A DNA stretch of 59,142 nucleotides from an uncultured Gammaproteobacteria bacterium (GTDB lineage Bacteria > Patescibacteriota > Microgenomatia > 2-02-FULL-39-11). Location: contig CAYIFB010000007.1 in NCBI GenBank assembly GCA_964362665.1, forward strand, positions 1 to 59,142, read 5' to 3'. Under the pieces are notes generated by a model that was not told where the DNA came from, ran no database searches, and saw only the letters and a program-made list of their open reading frames with translations. The translations under genes were made by a program, and so were the position numbers. Below, piece after piece: positions 1-11,220 of the stretch. Each line of letters opens with the position of its first letter. Within the stretch, counting starts at the first letter, position 1.

Positions 1-403
<403 letters not shown>

Positions 404-432
404 TAAGGCTTAAAGATCGGTTTATACTTGCT

Positions 433-454
433 TGACCCCGATATAATCGGGGTC
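433..454. repeat. Short palindrome GACCCCGATATAATCGGGGTC (CCCGAT..ATCGGG / CCCGC..GCGGG family)
   Basis: Perfect stem; related copies at ~89-108, 579-595, 13119-13137 and 32099-32136. Confidence 0.7.
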
Positions 455-599
455 GAATGTTCTGTTCACTTTTTAAAGAGCCCAGAATAAATTCTATTGA
501 ATTTTTCTGAGTAAACCCTCTATATTTAAAGAGCTTGCTCAGAAAAACTCTCAAGAACATAAATAGTGCTTGCACTGAGTCCCGCTGAGCGGGACGAAG

Positions 600-672
600 T
601 GGACCCGGGCGGACTCGGACCGCCTGCCTCTTCATTGCAAATGAAGTGTTCAACCAGCTAAACTTCGGGCCC
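600..672 (-). tRNA. tRNA-Ala (TGC)
   Basis: Cloverleaf with acceptor GGGCCCG/CGGGTCC carrying the G3:U70 Ala determinant; anticodon arm CTTCA-TTTGCAA-TGAAG; no encoded CCA. Confidence 0.93.
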
Positions 673-842
673 AAGTCACAGCCAGTTTCAGGTACAAAAA
701 ACCACTAAATGAAAATTATCCGATGACAAACTGAGGTAATTTAAGTAGCGCTAATTGGTTTAAAAAAATATTGGCTAGTTTTCATTATCCTTCAGTTTAT
801 CTTGAAATAATTATTGCCATGTGTCATAACTGGCAAATTTAT

Positions 843-871
843 ATTGTAATCAAACAGGTAAATATTGTCAA
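843..871 (-). promoter_or_regulatory. Sigma70-type promoter for tRNA-Ala/23S
   Basis: TTGACA-17 bp-TACAAT on the minus strand. Confidence 0.75.
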
Positions 872-903
872 TGATTAGTTAACCGCTTATAATAATATAA
901 TAT

Positions 904-1605
904 ATGGAAACTGGAGATCTTTTTATTATTACGCCTGAGGCACAAATTAAATGGGGTGAGGTTTTTTCGACTCGATCACCTCTAAGTATCTGGATGGATA
1001 TGGCTGCCCCAATCCGTAAACCTTCAGATGCTATTATTTATACCCTTAGAGATGCTACCGGAATTACAGGCAGCTCGACAGTTAGTTTTCCAGATAATAT
1101 TGATTTATCACCTATTGATCAGCTAAAAACACTCGGAGTTCTTCAATCTGACCATGTAAGCGCAGATAAAGCACGGAGAATTTTACAAACCTTTCAGTTT
1201 AAAATTTACAATTTAAACGATGATAAAAATTTTTTCACCCTTGAGTTCATCCGCAGTCTTTCAGATCAGGAAGCCCAGTTCGCGCTTGCTTATGTCTATA
1301 CTTTGGCAAAAATCAGGAATCTACCTGTGGCGGAAATCGCAAATAATCCAGACGGTCGGGCTTTACCGGCAATTAGCGATCCAAATGCGCAGGTAAGAAA
1401 TGAATTAGTTTCCCAATTTACAGAATATACAGAAGAACTCGCAGCAAAAGCGAGAAGAATTGCTCCTATTATAAGAAAAGGCACCTTAAATGCAGGTCTT
1501 AAGCTGAAAAAAGACTGGAGTACTAAAGTCGGAATGACTCAAACAGAAATTGATGGACTAGTAGGACGCCTTAATCAGGGGCAACCCGCTTATTATTTGA
1601 AATAA
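904..1605 (+). CDS. Hypothetical protein
   Basis: 233 aa ORF with TATAAT just upstream; no family recognised. Confidence 0.7.
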   Translation: METGDLFIITPEAQIKWGEVFSTRSPLSIWMDMAAPIRKPSDAIIYTLRDATGITGSSTVSFPDNIDLSPIDQLKTLGVLQSDHVSADKARRILQTFQFKIYNLNDDKNFFTLEFIRSLSDQEAQFALAYVYTLAKIRNLPVAEIANNPDGRALPAISDPNAQVRNELVSQFTEYTEELAAKARRIAPIIRKGTLNAGLKLKKDWSTKVGMTQTEIDGLVGRLNQGQPAYYLK

Positions 1606-1621
1606 GTACCCTTAAATTGTT

Positions 1622-2956
1622 TTATTTATCTCCAATTATTCTTTTTATCGCGACGATAAAAGCCGCAGTGCGAAGGTCGGTCTTTTCCTCCCTAGAGGTT
1701 TCCCAGACTGCTGAAAAAGCTGACTCAATTTTTTTCTGCAGTTTAGATCTGACTTCACTCCCCGACCAATGACTGCCTGCCAAATTCTGCATCCATTCAA
1801 AACAGGAGACCGTCACTCCTCCTGAATTTGCCAAAACATCCGGTACTAAAGTCACGCCTTTTTTATGAAGTATCCGATCGGCCTCAGGCGTGGTTGGACC
1901 ATTGGCCATTTCGACGATGACTTTTGCCTGAATTCGATCAGCATTGTCGCCTGTTATCTGATTTTCCAAAGCTGAAGGAACTAGAATATCTACCGGAAGT
2001 TCAAGTAATTTCTCATTGGTGGTGGGCCTGCCGTTTTTCAGGTCGCAAACTGATCCTACACAATAACAGCCCGAAATCGTTCCTTTTTCCTTTTTACACT
2101 TTAAAACCAGATCAGGATTAAAACTGTCTTTTTTCATATCATTGACAACAATCGCACCTTTGGAATCAGATAATGCCACAACCCTAAAGCCTGCCTCATG
2201 CAGAAACTTGGCCATATAAAAACCAACATTTCCAAATCCCTGCACCGCGGCGGTCAGTTCTTTTCCATTCCTTGGTTTTAAAGATATTTTTTTCAATAAA
2301 GCCTGCAATACAAAAAATCCTCCAATCCCTGTCGCTTCTGTCCTTCCTTCACTTCCCCCGTAATCCAGAGGCTTACCGGTAAATGTCCCCATTAACTTAC
2401 TGATTTCTTTTTCCTTAGTTTTGAGTTTTGCTTGTCCTGAGTGTAGTCGAAGGGAGTTTTGAGTTTTGAGTTTGATGAATTCATCCGCCATCCACTTCAT
2501 GATTTGCGGTGTGGTGTTGACATCCGGCGCCGGAACATCCAAATCCTGCCCGATATCCCGCCAGATGGCCTGAATATAACCTCTACTTAATCTTTCAAGC
2601 TCGTGATCCGACAGCTTTTTAGGATCCACCTCAACTCCGCCTTTGCCGCCACCCAGGGGAAGATCAGCCACCGCACATTTGATCGCCATCCAGAAAGCCA
2701 GAGCTTTCACCTCATTCATATCGACCTGATGGTGAAATCTGATACCGCCTTTGTAAGGCCCGAGAGCGCTGTTGTGCTGGACTCTGAATCCGTGAAAGAT
2801 TTTGACTTTTCCGTCATCCATTTTTACCGGGAAATTTACCGAGATGATTTTTTCAGGATTTTTCAGTCTTTCAATTTGCGCGGGAGATAATTTGAGGAAT
2901 TGCAAAGCTTTACTTAGTTGAGCGAGGGCTGACTCAAAAGGATTTATCTTGATCAT
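1622..2956 (-). CDS. gdhA: Glutamate dehydrogenase (Glu/Leu/Phe/Val dehydrogenase family)
   Basis: GPYKGGIRF, GGGKGG, DVPAPDV, VQGFGNVG and EMANGP motifs. Confidence 0.93.
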   Translation of the reverse strand: MIKINPFESALAQLSKALQFLKLSPAQIERLKNPEKIISVNFPVKMDDGKVKIFHGFRVQHNSALGPYKGGIRFHHQVDMNEVKALAFWMAIKCAVADLPLGGGKGGVEVDPKKLSDHELERLSRGYIQAIWRDIGQDLDVPAPDVNTTPQIMKWMADEFIKLKTQNSLRLHSGQAKLKTKEKEISKLMGTFTGKPLDYGGSEGRTEATGIGGFFVLQALLKKISLKPRNGKELTAAVQGFGNVGFYMAKFLHEAGFRVVALSDSKGAIVVNDMKKDSFNPDLVLKCKKEKGTISGCYCVGSVCDLKNGRPTTNEKLLELPVDILVPSALENQITGDNADRIQAKVIVEMANGPTTPEADRILHKKGVTLVPDVLANSGGVTVSCFEWMQNLAGSHWSGSEVRSKLQKKIESAFSAVWETSREEKTDLRTAAFIVAIKRIIGDK

Positions 2957-3039
2957 AAGTTTAAAATTATTTTATAAACTTAATACTTCCCCAAAAGTAT
3001 GACGATGTATGATATTGTATACTTCCTTTTTATTTTTGT

Positions 3040-3558
3040 CTAGTGGGTTATCCAGCCAATTTTCTTCAAAGCCATCTTTCCCGAAAAACTTAACTCTATT
3101 TCTCCGCGTCTAATAGCAACTTTTAACTTATCTTGGGTATAAAACTTACCCTCTTCAATTTCCTGCGGATGCAGCTTAAACGGGCCTTCGGAATATGCTT
3201 TAAAAAGCATCTGCATCTCTGTTTCGTTAGACGCATGGCATAAATACTTTACAACAAACTCAATTTGTAGATCCACTCCTAATTCTTCTTTTAATTCTCT
3301 GGCAGCTGTCACTTGATAACTGTCACCCGATAATACGTGCCCCGAGCAGGAAATCGTCCATTTTCCGGGATCCGTATCTTTGGTATTGCTTCTTTTCTGA
3401 AGATATATCTCTCCTTTGCTATTAAAAACACAAACCCCAATACTTCTATGAATCAAATTTTTATTTCTGTGCAATTTTCCTCTCGTCGATTGTCCAATCA
3501 CTTGATCATCCTTATCAACAATATCGAAAAGTTCATCTTGATTGTCAGTTGTTTTCAT
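3040..3558 (-). CDS. NUDIX hydrolase (Idi/YfcD-like)
   Basis: SGHV..G.SY..TAARELKEELG Nudix box; LQKRS..KD..PG.W. Confidence 0.85.
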   Translation of the reverse strand: MKTTDNQDELFDIVDKDDQVIGQSTRGKLHRNKNLIHRSIGVCVFNSKGEIYLQKRSNTKDTDPGKWTISCSGHVLSGDSYQVTAARELKEELGVDLQIEFVVKYLCHASNETEMQMLFKAYSEGPFKLHPQEIEEGKFYTQDKLKVAIRRGEIELSFSGKMALKKIGWITH

Positions 3559-3565
3559 CCTTAAT

Positions 3566-4432
3566 TTAGGAAGTTATTAATAGCACCATCCCCGCAAGCC
3601 CCAATGCCATTCCTACTAATTTTGTACCTGAAAAAAGATCTTTTTCTTTATAAAAAATAACTCCGGTAAACATGGTTATAACTACCAGAGAAAGCTGCTG
3701 GAGCGGATAAAATTTGGCCACGGGAGTCATCAGAAGCGCTTGATAGAATGCGACGACGGCAATAGCTGAGACAAAAGCATTGATGCCGGAAATCTGAAGC
3801 ATTTTTCTTCCGATTTTTAGATTGTCTTTCTTGATAACAGCAGAAAGCAAAAGAAGCGGAATTATCACGTTATCCTGGTTGATAATCACTTCCAGCGGAG
3901 TAAAACGGTGGATAAAAAATACTGTAAAAAATGATCCTACTCCTAAAAAAACAATAGTTGTCAAAATATAGATAAACCATTTCTTTTCCAACTGCTCCTG
4001 CTTTTTGTTTTTTTGGTGCAGCAAATACCAGAGCGCTAGAAAAGACAACACTATCCCGCTTATTACTTTTAGTCCGGTGGCGGTATGAAAATCAAAATAT
4101 TTTGATTCTCCTAAAAAAATTGCGGATAAAACAACTGTAACCAAAATTGAATAAGATTGAAAAAGGATGGATTGAGACAGTGATATTTTCAGAGCCGCAA
4201 AATAAGATACAAATCCGACAAAAAGCACTATTCCCGTAAGCGAAAGAAGTAAATCAAACCTGGGAAATGCACGGTAATACAGAATAAAACTTATATAAAA
4301 CAGGGTTTGGGCAAAGAAAAAAATATAAAAAAGCCCGACAAATGGACTTACCCGATCAGCGACTTTTTTATTTAAATACTCCCTCACCGATGCCGCCGCA
4401 AGATTGATAACAAGAAGAATCTGCCAATTCAT
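3566..4432 (-). CDS. EamA/DMT family transporter
   Basis: About 10 TM helices in two repeats, LSAIFLGE and GVIFYKE motifs; start placed at the ATG 8 nt after TATAAT. Confidence 0.75.
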   Translation of the reverse strand: MNWQILLVINLAAASVREYLNKKVADRVSPFVGLFYIFFFAQTLFYISFILYYRAFPRFDLLLSLTGIVLFVGFVSYFAALKISLSQSILFQSYSILVTVVLSAIFLGESKYFDFHTATGLKVISGIVLSFLALWYLLHQKNKKQEQLEKKWFIYILTTIVFLGVGSFFTVFFIHRFTPLEVIINQDNVIIPLLLLSAVIKKDNLKIGRKMLQISGINAFVSAIAVVAFYQALLMTPVAKFYPLQQLSLVVITMFTGVIFYKEKDLFSGTKLVGMALGLAGMVLLITS

Positions 4433-4486
4433 ATTTTCCAATTATACCTGATTTCCTCCCCCAGGCCCATGTTATAATCCCCTTGT

Positions 4487-4981
4487 ATGATCGTCATGGG
4501 AATTGATCCGGGAATTGGTACCACAGGTTTGGCGGCAGTTGCCGAAAATAAAGGTAACCTGAGTCTGATTGATGCTAAAGCATTAACAACCCCGACAAAA
4601 AACTCTACAGCTGATCGCCTTCTGCAGCTGTATAAGGAAACTAATAATTTTATCGACCGAGTAGCCCCTGACGTGGCGGGTTTGGAAACTTTATTTTTCG
4701 GCACTAACGTCACCACGGCATTCAGTGTAGGCCAGGCAAGAGGAGTAATACTTCTTTGCCTTGCACAAAAAAAGATTCCTGTTTCGGAATACAACCCAGC
4801 CAATCTGAAAATTGCTATAACAGGCTACGGCAACGCTCCAAAAGGACAAGTCCAAAGAATGGTTTCACAAATTTTAAAACTCAAAAAAACTCTCACTCCT
4901 GACGATGTGGCTGATGCAGCAGCAGTTGCAATTACCCACTGTTTTTCGTATAAGTTAAGTAAGTTAAAAGCTAATTTTTAA
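4487..4981 (+). CDS. ruvC: Holliday junction resolvase RuvC
   Basis: GIDPG...G, E.LFF..N, QARG and DD.ADA.A.A motifs. Confidence 0.95.
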   Translation: MIVMGIDPGIGTTGLAAVAENKGNLSLIDAKALTTPTKNSTADRLLQLYKETNNFIDRVAPDVAGLETLFFGTNVTTAFSVGQARGVILLCLAQKKIPVSEYNPANLKIAITGYGNAPKGQVQRMVSQILKLKKTLTPDDVADAAAVAITHCFSYKLSKLKANF

Positions 4982-4992
4982 TTTATAATTTT

Positions 4993-5568
4993 ATGATCTC
5001 CTATCTTGAAGGTACAATAAAATACAAAGGGATAAATTATCTGACGATATTGACAAATGGAGTGGGATACAAGGTTGCCCTTCCGCTAGACATACTTTCT
5101 AAATATAAACTAAATGATCCGATCAGCATATATATTTACACCCATGTCAAAGATGATGCCATCGATCTTTACGGCTTTCCTACGCCGGAAGATATGGCTT
5201 TTTTTGAGCTTCTTTTAAGCGTCTCCGGTGTGGGACCAAAAACAGCCCTGGCTATTTTTTCGCGTGATAAACTACCAAAAATCAAGGAAGCCATAGTCAA
5301 AGGAGATGTCGAGTTTTTCACCTCGGTTCCCCGCCTGGGACGTAAAAATGCCCAGAAAATAATCATTGAACTTCGCAGTAAATTGGGAAGCCTTGAAGAT
5401 CTTGATCTGACAGAAGGATCAAGCGAGTCGAAAGAAATTGTTGAAGCTCTGAAAACATTCGGCTTTGATGCAAGCGAAGCAAAAGATGCTCTTAAATTTA
5501 TAAAAGACGTTGAGGGAGATGTGTCTGTGAAAATTCGTGCAGCTTTAAAATATCTAGGAAGAAAATAA
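4993..5568 (+). CDS. ruvA: Holliday junction branch migration protein RuvA
   Basis: MISYLEG, GVGY, LYGF, VSGVGPKTA; lies between ruvC and ruvB. Confidence 0.95.
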   Translation: MISYLEGTIKYKGINYLTILTNGVGYKVALPLDILSKYKLNDPISIYIYTHVKDDAIDLYGFPTPEDMAFFELLLSVSGVGPKTALAIFSRDKLPKIKEAIVKGDVEFFTSVPRLGRKNAQKIIIELRSKLGSLEDLDLTEGSSESKEIVEALKTFGFDASEAKDALKFIKDVEGDVSVKIRAALKYLGRK

Positions 5569-5605
5569 TTTCTGCGTAGTACTTATATGTGAGCTAGAAA
5601 TTAAT

Positions 5606-6634
5606 ATGGTAAAAAATAAAAATAATAAAGAACTAATTAATCCGGAAGAAGAAAAACTCTTTATTTCTCTTCGCGCCTCTGCTTGGGATGAGTTTTGCGG
5701 ACAGGATAAGACTAAACAATCTCTACAGGTGGCTCTTTCCGCTGCTAAAAAAAGAAAAGAATCTTTGGAACATGTACTTTTATACGGCCCGCCCGGACTT
5801 GGTAAAACCACACTTGCTCATCTTATCGCCAAGGAAATGGGAGTAAATATCAGAATAACCAGCGGCCCTGCCATAGAGCGCTCCGGAGACCTCGCCTCAA
5901 TTATGACAAACCTCGAACCGGGAGACGTGCTTTTTATCGATGAAATTCATAGGTTGAATAAAGTAGTTGAAGAAACTCTCTACCCTGCCATGGAGGATTA
6001 TGCTCTCGATATTGTCGTTGGTAAAGGACCATCGGCCCGGACCTTAAGATTGGAACTTCCTAAATTTACCATTATTGGTGCAACCACCAGAATTGGCCTG
6101 ATGTCCGCTCCGCTTCGTGACCGCTTTGGCATAGTACAGCGCCTTAATTTTTATCCTGCCTCAGAACTCGAAAAAATCATCCTGACTGCGGCCAAAAAAC
6201 TGTCTATAACTCTGGATGAATTTGCGCAAAAAGCGCTCTCACAAAGAGCCCGCGGCACACCCCGGATAGCTTTAAAACTTCTGAAACGTGCCCGCGATTT
6301 TGCACAGGTGAAAGGAAGCCAGCATATTGACGAAAAAGTTTTGGATGAAGCTTTCAACTTACTCGAAATTGACCGCATGGGTTTGGATGATTCAGACCGC
6401 AGACTTTTGAAGGCATTAATTGAAAAACATCAGGGAGGACCAGTTGGAATAGAATCTTTGGCAGCAACTCTTTCCGAAGATATCGGCACGCTTGAAGACG
6501 TGATTGAACCGTATCTAATGCAGATCGGCTTTCTGAAGCGCACACCCCGCGGCCGAGAGGCAACTGAAAAAGCTTACGAGCACTTGGGAGTAAGAAAAAA
6601 TAACCTAAAAACAGACCAGAAAAAATTACTGTGA
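5606..6634 (+). CDS. ruvB: Holliday junction helicase RuvB
   Basis: GPPGLGKTTLA, FIDEIHRL, LRDRFG and RTPRGR motifs. Confidence 0.97.
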   Translation: MVKNKNNKELINPEEEKLFISLRASAWDEFCGQDKTKQSLQVALSAAKKRKESLEHVLLYGPPGLGKTTLAHLIAKEMGVNIRITSGPAIERSGDLASIMTNLEPGDVLFIDEIHRLNKVVEETLYPAMEDYALDIVVGKGPSARTLRLELPKFTIIGATTRIGLMSAPLRDRFGIVQRLNFYPASELEKIILTAAKKLSITLDEFAQKALSQRARGTPRIALKLLKRARDFAQVKGSQHIDEKVLDEAFNLLEIDRMGLDDSDRRLLKALIEKHQGGPVGIESLAATLSEDIGTLEDVIEPYLMQIGFLKRTPRGREATEKAYEHLGVRKNNLKTDQKKLL

Positions 6635-6717
6635 ATTTCCGCTAAGGTATTCTTTTACCTATATTGATCTACTTTTACAGTATTGACAGTACACATCGAT
6701 AAAGATAAATTTACTTA

Positions 6718-7408
<691 letters not shown>

Positions 7409-7416
7409 TTCTTTTT

Positions 7417-8502
7417 CTAAATTCTCTTGATCTGAGATCCGCCCCATAAAGTTGGGGCTTTTTCTTGCTTGAGAAAGGCAAAAGCAGAGGCGGCGGCGCG
7501 GGCTCCAAGGCCAACTGCCGAGGAAATCTGTTCGATGGAAAGTCCATAACTTACTAAATCCCCGGCGGCAAATATTCCGGGAATATTTGTGGCGAGCCTC
7601 TCATTTACCTCAATATAACCCCCTTGATCCATCTTTACTCCAAGAGGAATAACTAACGCAGTACCTGGAACTCCTCCTATTTCTATAAATACTTTATCAA
7701 GAGGTAATAAATTATTATCCGAAGATACCAATTTTGCAGACTGATCTCTCCCGGTAAGACTTTGTTCTTGTGAAGTCGTACTAATTGGCCCGGTACTTGA
7801 TGTGTTTGATAATGGTTGAGTATCTGAAAAATTCGGTATCGAGGATGATAATTTTACTCCTGTCACCTTCTCCCCATCCCCTACTATTTCTGTTACTACA
7901 CTGTTATATAAAACTTCAATTTTGGGATTTTTCTCCACCTGTTCCAGCCAGATCGGATCTCCGCGAAGTTGACTGCCACGATAAATTATAAAGACTTTGG
8001 ATGCGGCTTGAGCAATCTCCACTGCTGCCTGCACAGCGCTATTGGCTCCACCAATTATCGCACAGATTTTCCCGTCATAATCAAATTTTTCACAGGTAGC
8101 ACAATAATGCACACCCCTCCCTGTATACTCAACCTCTCCGGGAATGTTTAATTTTCGCCGCTCTGTGCCAGTTGCTAAAATCACAGCCTTTGCCTGATAT
8201 TTCTTTCCGTCCTGAGTTTCTACCTCGTACACTTTCTCATTATTATTTGAAATTTTTATCACACTTTGGGTGATGATTTCTCCACCCCGTTTAACAGCCT
8301 GATCAAACATCTTTTGTGTCAGTTCCTTACCGGAAATGCTTTCAAAGGCGGGGTAATTTAATATATCAGGAGCAAGCTGCAGTTGTCCGCCTAAAGCACC
8401 TCCTATAACTAAGTGTTTCAGGTGATAACAGGAGGCATAAATCGAAGCCGTCAATCCCGCCGGACCGGATCCAATGATGATAAGATCGTACATTTTAATC
8501 AA
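7417..8502 (-). CDS. Thioredoxin reductase-like FAD oxidoreductase with a ~40 aa insert
   Basis: GSGPAG, CATC, GGANSA and GIFAAGD motifs; paralog of trxB at 19693. Confidence 0.88.
   Translation of the reverse strand: MIKMYDLIIIGSGPAGLTASIYASCYHLKHLVIGGALGGQLQLAPDILNYPAFESISGKELTQKMFDQAVKRGGEIITQSVIKISNNNEKVYEVETQDGKKYQAKAVILATGTERRKLNIPGEVEYTGRGVHYCATCEKFDYDGKICAIIGGANSAVQAAVEIAQAASKVFIIYRGSQLRGDPIWLEQVEKNPKIEVLYNSVVTEIVGDGEKVTGVKLSSSIPNFSDTQPLSNTSSTGPISTTSQEQSLTGRDQSAKLVSSDNNLLPLDKVFIEIGGVPGTALVIPLGVKMDQGGYIEVNERLATNIPGIFAAGDLVSYGLSIEQISSAVGLGARAAASAFAFLKQEKAPTLWGGSQIKRI
7710..7852. repeat. Structured in-frame insertion, copy A (AATTTTG..TCTTGTGA..GCCC..GAAAAATTCG)
   Basis: Long imperfect inverted repeat; shares ordered motifs with 34420-34543. 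Confidence 0.7.
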
Positions 8503-8570
8503 TAAATAATTGTCAATCTATTAATAATACCAATTATTCTTTGAATGAAAAAGAGACAGATTGGTTGATT

Positions 8571-9941
8571 CTACCTAAGTTCCCGTAATTCTTCCTCAAA
8601 AATCTTCAAAAGCGGCTTTTTCAACTCATAAGTCAAAGTTTTCGTGGTGTGTGTACCGAAATATTTTTGGCGAAGCTCATCCTCCCGTGATTTTCCCTCA
8701 AGTGCGTAAAGTTTTTTATATTCATCAATTAACTCACCCTTGACGTTTCGCCGGTATGCCAGCCGGAAAGCCAGAAGTTGTTCATCCCGAGCCGCGGCGC
8801 TTTGATCATAAGCGCTGTCTTTGACATGATTGTGATCAGCAAAAACAGCAAACAGGTTTTTTTTGCCGATCATCAGCATATTTTCTGCAAAACCGACCTT
8901 TTTAGGATTGATGCCCAGTGCCATCATAAAAATATACATTCTGGCACATTTGGAACAAACGCCACACCAGCGTCTGTTTTTTGCTTCTTTTTCATCAGCA
9001 AAGCATGACATCTGAAACTTGGCAATGTCAGGAAAACGGGAGTGCAGAATTTTCATAATAGCAATCTCATGAATAGGTTCAACTAAACTTGCCATTATCG
9101 CATTACAACCCATCACTTTGGCCATAGCGTTGGAAAGCAGTAACCAATCATGACTTTGTTCATAGACAGGATTGATGATAAAGCCGTCCCTATCAATAAA
9201 AGTTTCATTGCAACTTTGCTCATTGCCCCAAAATAAATATCTGCTGCGTATACCGAAAATGAATGGCAAGAGAAGAAGGGTATACTGTGTCAGCAGAAGA
9301 TCCCAGCCCCAGTAAAGATCTTTTATTTGCCGCAACCAGCCTGTCGTTACCGGAAAGACGTTAATATCAATATCAAATTCTTCATAAAAACGCTCTGCAA
9401 GTTTGGCTTTGTGTTTGTTTTCATAAGGCGAACGCGGTTCACGGAAAAAAATAGGATAGGGCTTGATACCAAGTTCACGACTTAGCGCAAAGGTCAGTAG
9501 CGAATCTTTACCAAAAGAAAAAGGTATGACCGCACGGGTCCAGCTGTTGCGGTTGACGTTCTTAAATCTTGCGAAGCGGGGACGTCCCATAAACTCTGTA
9601 TTAAACTGGCTGTTATACAGTTTTTTCATCAAATCACCCATCGTGATGTTATTGTTTTCCATGAGGACCGTATCCGGTAATGAATTTAAAAGCCCTTTTA
9701 AAAAAAAGGGCTCTGTCACAGGCGGAGGGAAATTGTAATACAGTTTAAACCCGTCAATAAAAGAGAGGTGCTTTGTGAAAAAATAAGAAACTGAGTCAGC
9801 AAAAGTCTGTCTGTAAACCTCGGGAAATTCCTTCCAGATATGGGTGGGATACGTCAAATAATAAGTTTTTCGGTCGACTTGAATTTCTACACCGTTATGG
9901 ATAATGTTGCGTTTGATATGTATAGTGCCGTTTTGCTTCAT
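8571..9941 (-). CDS. PP-loop ATPase, MurL (UDP-MurNAc-dipeptide epimerase)/QueC-like
   Basis: SFGKDS PP-loop, GNEQS, SC...WCGVCSKC zinc motif; ATGA overlap with the serS stop. Confidence 0.65.
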   Translation of the reverse strand: MKQNGTIHIKRNIIHNGVEIQVDRKTYYLTYPTHIWKEFPEVYRQTFADSVSYFFTKHLSFIDGFKLYYNFPPPVTEPFFLKGLLNSLPDTVLMENNNITMGDLMKKLYNSQFNTEFMGRPRFARFKNVNRNSWTRAVIPFSFGKDSLLTFALSRELGIKPYPIFFREPRSPYENKHKAKLAERFYEEFDIDINVFPVTTGWLRQIKDLYWGWDLLLTQYTLLLLPFIFGIRSRYLFWGNEQSCNETFIDRDGFIINPVYEQSHDWLLLSNAMAKVMGCNAIMASLVEPIHEIAIMKILHSRFPDIAKFQMSCFADEKEAKNRRWCGVCSKCARMYIFMMALGINPKKVGFAENMLMIGKKNLFAVFADHNHVKDSAYDQSAAARDEQLLAFRLAYRRNVKGELIDEYKKLYALEGKSREDELRQKYFGTHTTKTLTYELKKPLLKIFEEELRELR

Positions 9942-11203
9942 CTTAGGCAGATCTTGTCTTTTCCCACAAAGTTTTGCAGAACCTCAGGGATCAGGATCGA
10001 GCCGTCTTCCTGCTGATAATTCTCAAGAATTGCAATGAGAATTCTGGGAGAAGCTACAGCAGTATTATTTAAAGTGTGAGCATATTTTACCACACCTTCC
10101 CTAGACCTATAACGAATATTAAGGCGTCTAGCTTGAAATTCACCCATAAAGGAATTCGACATAGTTTCTCCGTACTGATTCCGACAGGGCATCCAGGTTT
10201 CGATATCGTATTTTTTCACCTGAGGCTCGCCCATATCGCCGGTGCACATCAGCATTACCCTATAGGAAAGGTTTAAATCCTGGAGAACACTTTCCGCATT
10301 TTGCAGAAGTTCTTCATGAAGGTCGAGCGATTGCTGGTAATTATTAGATGTGATAATTACTTGTTCAATTTTGTTGAATTGGTGCACCCTATAAAGCCCT
10401 TTGGTATCTTTACCGTAACTTCCCGCCTCCCGTCTGAAGCATGGTGAAAAAGCGACAAATTTTTTGGGCAAGTCCTTCTCCAGAAGCATTTCACCGGAAA
10501 AATAAGCCGTTACCGGCACCTCAGCTGTTCCCGCCAAATACACATCATCCTTTTCCAAGTGATAAACTTCATCTCTTCCCCAGGGCATCTGGCCGTTACC
10601 AAGAAGAGTAAATTCTTTTACCAGACTTGGAGCAATTAAAGGAATATAGCCCTTTTTAACTAATTTTTGCAGTGTATAAGTCAAAACTGCCATTTCCAGC
10701 AGGACGGCTTCATTTTTCAGAAAGTAGGTCCGAAATCCCCCGACTTTCACACCTCTTTCAAAATCGACCAGGTCATGTTTTTTGGCAAGGGCAATGTGGT
10801 CAAGAGGTTGAAAATCGAATTTCGGTACCTCTCCCCATTTTTTAATCTCTTTGTTACTGTCTGCATCCGGTCCAACCGGTACGCTTTTATCCGGCACATT
10901 TGGCACAGTTAACATCAGATTGTTATACTTCTCCTCAACCGTCTTTAGTTCTTCCTCAAGCGCTTTAATCTCATCTTTCAACTTTCTTCCCTCATCTCTC
11001 ATTTGTTGATTAGCGGATTGGTTGGTTGGTTGGTTAGACGATTTCTTATTCCTTTCTGCCCGCTTCTCATCAATCTGACCTATCAGTTTTTTTCTTTTTT
11101 CATCAAGAGTGAGGATTTCGTCAAAATCCACTTTTCTGTTTTTGTTTTTGGCAGCCTCTTTAACTTCTTCTAAATGTTCCCGGATAAATTTGATGTCTAG
11201 CAT
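9938..11203 (-). CDS. serS: Serine--tRNA ligase
   Basis: MLDIKFIR, GTAE, CFRREAGSYGKDTKGLYRVHQF and HTLNNT motifs. Confidence 0.97.
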   Translation of the reverse strand: MLDIKFIREHLEEVKEAAKNKNRKVDFDEILTLDEKRKKLIGQIDEKRAERNKKSSNQPTNQSANQQMRDEGRKLKDEIKALEEELKTVEEKYNNLMLTVPNVPDKSVPVGPDADSNKEIKKWGEVPKFDFQPLDHIALAKKHDLVDFERGVKVGGFRTYFLKNEAVLLEMAVLTYTLQKLVKKGYIPLIAPSLVKEFTLLGNGQMPWGRDEVYHLEKDDVYLAGTAEVPVTAYFSGEMLLEKDLPKKFVAFSPCFRREAGSYGKDTKGLYRVHQFNKIEQVIITSNNYQQSLDLHEELLQNAESVLQDLNLSYRVMLMCTGDMGEPQVKKYDIETWMPCRNQYGETMSNSFMGEFQARRLNIRYRSREGVVKYAHTLNNTAVASPRILIAILENYQQEDGSILIPEVLQNFVGKDKICLR

Positions 11204-11220
11204 AATATTCCTCCTTAAAT

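Noticed and set aside
11005-11040. TTGG tandem run in serS
   Set aside because: A short in-frame low-complexity stretch at the coiled-coil tip; too short to support phase variation.
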